51,684 bases of DNA, from the sequence record SRR31156797_8840; one strand, given 5' to 3'. The translations under genes were made by a program, and so were the position numbers. Each line of letters opens with the position of its first letter. The stretch's first letter is position 1. Shown piece after piece: positions 48,260 to 51,684 of the stretch. The notes beneath the pieces are model-generated. The model worked only from the letters and a program-made list of their open reading frames with translations. It did no database searches and had not been told where the DNA came from.

Positions 48260-48270
48260 TTCGGGTTTAA

Positions 48271-48292
48271 GTTATTAGTTATTGGATTATTA
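48271..48292. repeat. degenerate heptamer repeats
   Basis: gttatta gttattg gattatta. Confidence 0.4.
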
Positions 48293-48300
48293 GGTTAGTT

Positions 48301-48367
48301 GCTTCGCTGGGATCAGCGTTATTTGTTCTCACTGCATTCGAACGTCATTGGCCTCACTGCGTTCGGC
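48301..48367. repeat. REP-like hairpin cluster (three units), same family as 1-126
   Basis: gcttcgctgggatcagc, gttctcactgcattcgaac, gcctcactgcgttcggc at about 25-bp period. Confidence 0.8.
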
Positions 48368-48415
48368 ATCATTTGTTGTCATTTATGGGGATACATAAAT
48401 TTTTTTTTAAATTCC

Positions 48416-48688
48416 TCACATCAAATTGCGTTCTTTTAAAACCTCTTCCAAATACTTGTTCCTTTTTGAATTTTTAATCACAATGCGAATGAAAAAAACA
48501 GGAATTAACATTGGAATAAGAAATCCCAACTGTTTATTCGAAGAAAAAATCCACGAAACAATTCCGAAAATCAGGATTCCGACAAGAAACCCAATTAGTA
48601 TAGCATGTATAATTTTAGACTTTTTTAGCTTCTTTTTTTCGACTAAAAGTTCCTCGTCTGTTAACCTGTAAAGGTCCTTTATATCCAT
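48416..48688 (-). CDS. small AT-rich hypothetical membrane protein (2 TM)
   Basis: LTDEELL...K, two hydrophobic helices, LKERNL end. Confidence 0.75.
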   Translation of the reverse strand: MDIKDLYRLTDEELLVEKKKLKKSKIIHAILIGFLVGILIFGIVSWIFSSNKQLGFLIPMLIPVFFIRIVIKNSKRNKYLEEVLKERNLM

Positions 48689-48776
48689 AACAGTCTATTT
48701 TGTGAAATTCTACTCCGAATTAAAAGTATCTACGTTTTTTGCTAAATAAGGTCCAAACACCTAACGCTAATCACAA

Positions 48777-48825
48777 CCTACTACCTATTTCCTACTTCCT
48801 ACTTCTTACTTCTTACTATTTACTT
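48777..48825. repeat. heptamer tandem repeat (7 units, consensus CYTACTT)
   Basis: cctacta cctattt cctactt cctactt cttactt cttacta tttactt. Confidence 0.8.
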
Positions 48826-48829
48826 GCAA

Positions 48830-49972
48830 CTACTCCCCCGCCACCTCATCCACCGCTTCCAGCATCCGGTCCCATGAATACTGTTTCTTCTCTTTACGTA
48901 TATTAAGGGTGAATTCAGCTTCTTTTTTGTCGCCAAAATATTTCATAACCGCATCTGCGATTTCCTTTGCATTGGGTTCTATCACATAACCAACTTTTCC
49001 ATCCGGAACAATCTCAGCAAGGCCACCCACATTGGTTGTAACCATGGCTTTTTCAAAATGGTAGGCTATTTGGGTTACCCCACTTTGTGTGGCATCTTTG
49101 TAAGGCTGAACTACCAAATCAGAAGCATTGAAATAGTGGGCTACCCTGCTATCCGGGATAAAGTCATTCGACATGATCACAGAATCGCCGAGATTGTATT
49201 TATCGATCAACTCGAAATAGGGCCTTGAATCTGTGTAAAACTCACCTGCAACCAACAACTTTATATTATTATTTTTGATTCTTTTATCGGCCATCGCCTC
49301 AAGCAACAAATCCAACCCTTTGTAATCCCTGATAAATCCAAAAAACAAAAGGTACTTTATTTCTTTTTCCAGACCTAATTTTTCCCGGGCAATGACCTTT
49401 GATTCTAATTTTCCAAAATGATCGTACAGCGGATGGGGACAAAATTTTCGCGGCTTTCGGGTATCAAATCCTGAAAGGTCATTCATCACCTGGTCCGACA
49501 TGGCAACAAATCCGTCCACTGGTCTCACAAAATAGGACGCAAGCATTTTGTCGCCCGGCCTTTTTTCGTGAGGAATAATATTATCGAGGATGGAAATAAC
49601 CTTTGTATGCTTATTCTTTTTAGCTATTCGGGCTATGGTTCCCAAACAAGGACCCATAAACGGTATCCAGAATTTGATGATCAAAAGATCTGGCCTGCGG
49701 TTTTTGATCTTCTGCCCCACCCTTCGCCATGTTACCGGATTTATCGAATTTATTTCAACATCGATATCCAGGTCTTTTGGTGGTGGTTCTGACGAAAACT
49801 GCGTTTTGCCCGGGAAAAGGAAATTTGGGTACTGAAGCGAAAAGGTGATGATTTTAACTTCATCGCCGTTTTGTTGGTAAGCACGTGCAAGCCTTTCGTT
49901 GTAGGCCGACAAACCACCCCTCAATGGATAGGCAGAACCAACAATAACAATTTTTCTTTTTTCAGAACTCAA
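48830..49972 (-). CDS. GT4 family glycosyltransferase
   Basis: P.RGG, FFGFIRDYKGLD, PY..ATQSG, T.VGGL.E; TTG start. Confidence 0.9.
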   Translation of the reverse strand: MSSEKRKIVIVGSAYPLRGGLSAYNERLARAYQQNGDEVKIITFSLQYPNFLFPGKTQFSSEPPPKDLDIDVEINSINPVTWRRVGQKIKNRRPDLLIIKFWIPFMGPCLGTIARIAKKNKHTKVISILDNIIPHEKRPGDKMLASYFVRPVDGFVAMSDQVMNDLSGFDTRKPRKFCPHPLYDHFGKLESKVIAREKLGLEKEIKYLLFFGFIRDYKGLDLLLEAMADKRIKNNNIKLLVAGEFYTDSRPYFELIDKYNLGDSVIMSNDFIPDSRVAHYFNASDLVVQPYKDATQSGVTQIAYHFEKAMVTTNVGGLAEIVPDGKVGYVIEPNAKEIADAVMKYFGDKKEAEFTLNIRKEKKQYSWDRMLEAVDEVAGE

Positions 49973-49974
49973 AA

Positions 49975-50928
49975 CTATTCCTCTTTCATTTTAATCCCGG
50001 CTTCTTTTTCTATCAGGTAATCGTTTCTGCCCAGGGCATTTCGCGAAATCATCTCAGCTACAAATCCAGCAACAAATACCTGTGTTCCCATCACCATGGC
50101 CAACAACCCAAGGTAAAACAAAGGCCGTTCCGTCATCTTGTATTCCAGCAGGAAGATCTTTTTATACGAAAGATAGACTGCGATCCCGAAACCAAGCAGA
50201 AACAGCAAAGAACCAATCACCCCAAAAAAGTGCATGGGGCGTTTACCGAATTTGGATACGAATCCGAGGGTGATCAAATCCAGAAAACCTTTGATAAGCC
50301 GACCGGCACCAAATTTTGAATGGCCGTATTTGCGGGGATAATGCTTTACAACTTTCTCGGTGATGCGGGTAAAGCCGGCCCATTTCGAAATAACCGGAAT
50401 ATAGCGGTGCATCTCACCATATATCTCGATGGACTTTACAACGCTTTTCCTGTAGGCCTTTAGTCCGCAATTAAAATCATGGATTTTTATACCTGAAAAA
50501 ATGCTGGTGGTCTTGTTAAAAAACTTTGATGGCCAGCGTTTTCCAATAGGATCATGCCGTTTTTTCTTCCAGCCCGAAACCAGGTCAAAACCTTCTTCCC
50601 TGATCATCCTGTAGAGCTCAGGAATTTCATCCGGGCTATCCTGAAGGTCCGAATCCATGGTTATCACCACTTCACCATCAGCGTGAGTGAATCCTGTTTG
50701 GAGAGCTGCCGATTTTCCGTAATTTCTTTTGAATTTGATTCCCTTTACCGCATCTGAGCTGTTCCTGAGCTTTTCGATTATTCTCCACGAGGTATCCGTA
50801 CTTCCGTCATCAATAAAAAGAATTTCATATTCCAGCTTCATACCTTCAACCACTTTCCTGATCCAGGATTCCAGTTCAGGAAGTGATTCTTCTTCATTAA
50901 ATACGGGGATAACAAGGGATAAATCCAT
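49975..50928 (-). CDS. GT2 family glycosyltransferase (ArnC/DPM1-like)
   Basis: IPVFNEE, DDGSTD, RNYGKS.A, DSDLQD, DFNCGLKAY, two C-terminal TMs. Confidence 0.92.
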   Translation of the reverse strand: MDLSLVIPVFNEEESLPELESWIRKVVEGMKLEYEILFIDDGSTDTSWRIIEKLRNSSDAVKGIKFKRNYGKSAALQTGFTHADGEVVITMDSDLQDSPDEIPELYRMIREEGFDLVSGWKKKRHDPIGKRWPSKFFNKTTSIFSGIKIHDFNCGLKAYRKSVVKSIEIYGEMHRYIPVISKWAGFTRITEKVVKHYPRKYGHSKFGAGRLIKGFLDLITLGFVSKFGKRPMHFFGVIGSLLFLLGFGIAVYLSYKKIFLLEYKMTERPLFYLGLLAMVMGTQVFVAGFVAEMISRNALGRNDYLIEKEAGIKMKEE

Positions 50929-50936
50929 GCCGAAAA

Positions 50937-51473
50937 TTAAAATTCAGATTGTTCTTTTTTCAGGAAAATTCCAAGGATGGCAGATATGATCAATCCCGCG
51001 ATTGCGCCAAAAATCACAACCCAAATCGTCATCATCCAGGGTTTCATCATCATCCTTGTCCAGTTCATGGCCACTTCAATTTCCTGGTCCGACAAACCCT
51101 GGTCGTACATACCCTGCTCTGCTTCTTCAAGCATTACGCCCAATTCACCGGGAGCTATCACACTAAAAAATACATATACATAAATGGCTGAAACAATACT
51201 TCCGATCAGAATGATAAGAAATCCATGTTTAAATGATTGGCCATAGGTCATAAAACCACCAAACTGCCTGTCACGATATTGCTTGGTAAACATAAAGGCC
51301 ATTACAGCCATGATTACATAACTTAGCCATTGTACCTTACTGTCACGAGGCACATCCAATAAGTATAGTGCCAGCGAAAAAATGACCAGGACAAATCCGA
51401 GGTAAAGTCCACTTATTAAAGCTAATTTTCCGCCTGACGTGGTGTTTTCAGTTTGCATGTCTGTATTTTCCAT
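50937..51473 (-). CDS. DUF4199 family membrane protein
   Basis: 4 TMs, GGFMTYGQ.F..G; precedes GT2-GT4; start ATG 51473. Confidence 0.8.
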   Translation of the reverse strand: MENTDMQTENTTSGGKLALISGLYLGFVLVIFSLALYLLDVPRDSKVQWLSYVIMAVMAFMFTKQYRDRQFGGFMTYGQSFKHGFLIILIGSIVSAIYVYVFFSVIAPGELGVMLEEAEQGMYDQGLSDQEIEVAMNWTRMMMKPWMMTIWVVIFGAIAGLIISAILGIFLKKEQSEF

Positions 51474-51498
51474 GTTTAATGTGTTTTGGTTAGTGCTA

Positions 51499-51506
51499 CA
51501 AAAGTA
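51499..51506 (-). promoter_or_regulatory. Bacteroidota -7 promoter element
   Basis: TACTTTTG 26 nt upstream of ATG 51473. Confidence 0.55.
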
Positions 51507-51608
51507 ATCAGTAAACTTAAATATGAAACAAAATTTTACATCCGGTGTAAATGTTATCAATTTTAAGGAAAAAATTAGCATAACGCTTGCCTGAAGTATA
51601 ATAAGTAT

Positions 51609-51616
51609 TACTTTTG
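51609..51616 (+). promoter_or_regulatory. Bacteroidota -7 promoter element of ffs
   Basis: TACTTTTG immediately upstream of the SRP RNA. Confidence 0.65.
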
Positions 51617-51621
51617 CGCCC

Positions 51622-51684
51622 GGGTAAGTCCTGTGCGACCAGCTCCCGCTGAAATCCCCCAGGGTCGGAAGGCAGCAAGGGTAG
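51622..51684 (+). ncRNA. ffs: small SRP RNA (4.5S), truncated by the window end
   Basis: Helix-8 signature CAGGgtc-GGAA-ggcAGCAAG with GNRA tetraloop, directly after a promoter. Confidence 0.88.

Overview
Chromosomal segment from a Bacteroidota bacterium, probably Bacteroidales-like. Support: TAnnTTTG promoters, T9SS C-terminal domains, an extended S16, DUF3127/DUF4199 genes and a Bacteroidota-type SRP RNA. About 50 densely packed CDS, mostly on the minus strand and mostly housekeeping or metabolic (glycogen enzymes, rpsP-rimM, pcm, aat, miaB, ppk2, galK, hsp20, glycosyltransferases). No rRNA, tRNA, CRISPR array, prophage or intact transposase was seen. The most unusual region is about 6.7-13.4 kb. 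A putative operon there encodes a VTC-type polyphosphate polymerase, a DUF4956 membrane protein, a secreted CotH-like kinase and a secreted ankyrin-Shelph phosphatase. It is preceded by an orphan 226-aa ORF with loosely RT/palm-like motifs (FMDD) and a GC-rich structured leader with repeated UUUGUCCGCU motifs. Across a repeat-rich control region lies a divergent regulator-like gene. Other points: a REP-like hairpin family with covarying stems, two cassette-like insertions, a sigma54-type hsp20 promoter, a radical SAM-PolX-lyase-like fusion and a Cys-rich/DsrC/desulfurase module. All family calls are by eye from motifs; no searches were run.
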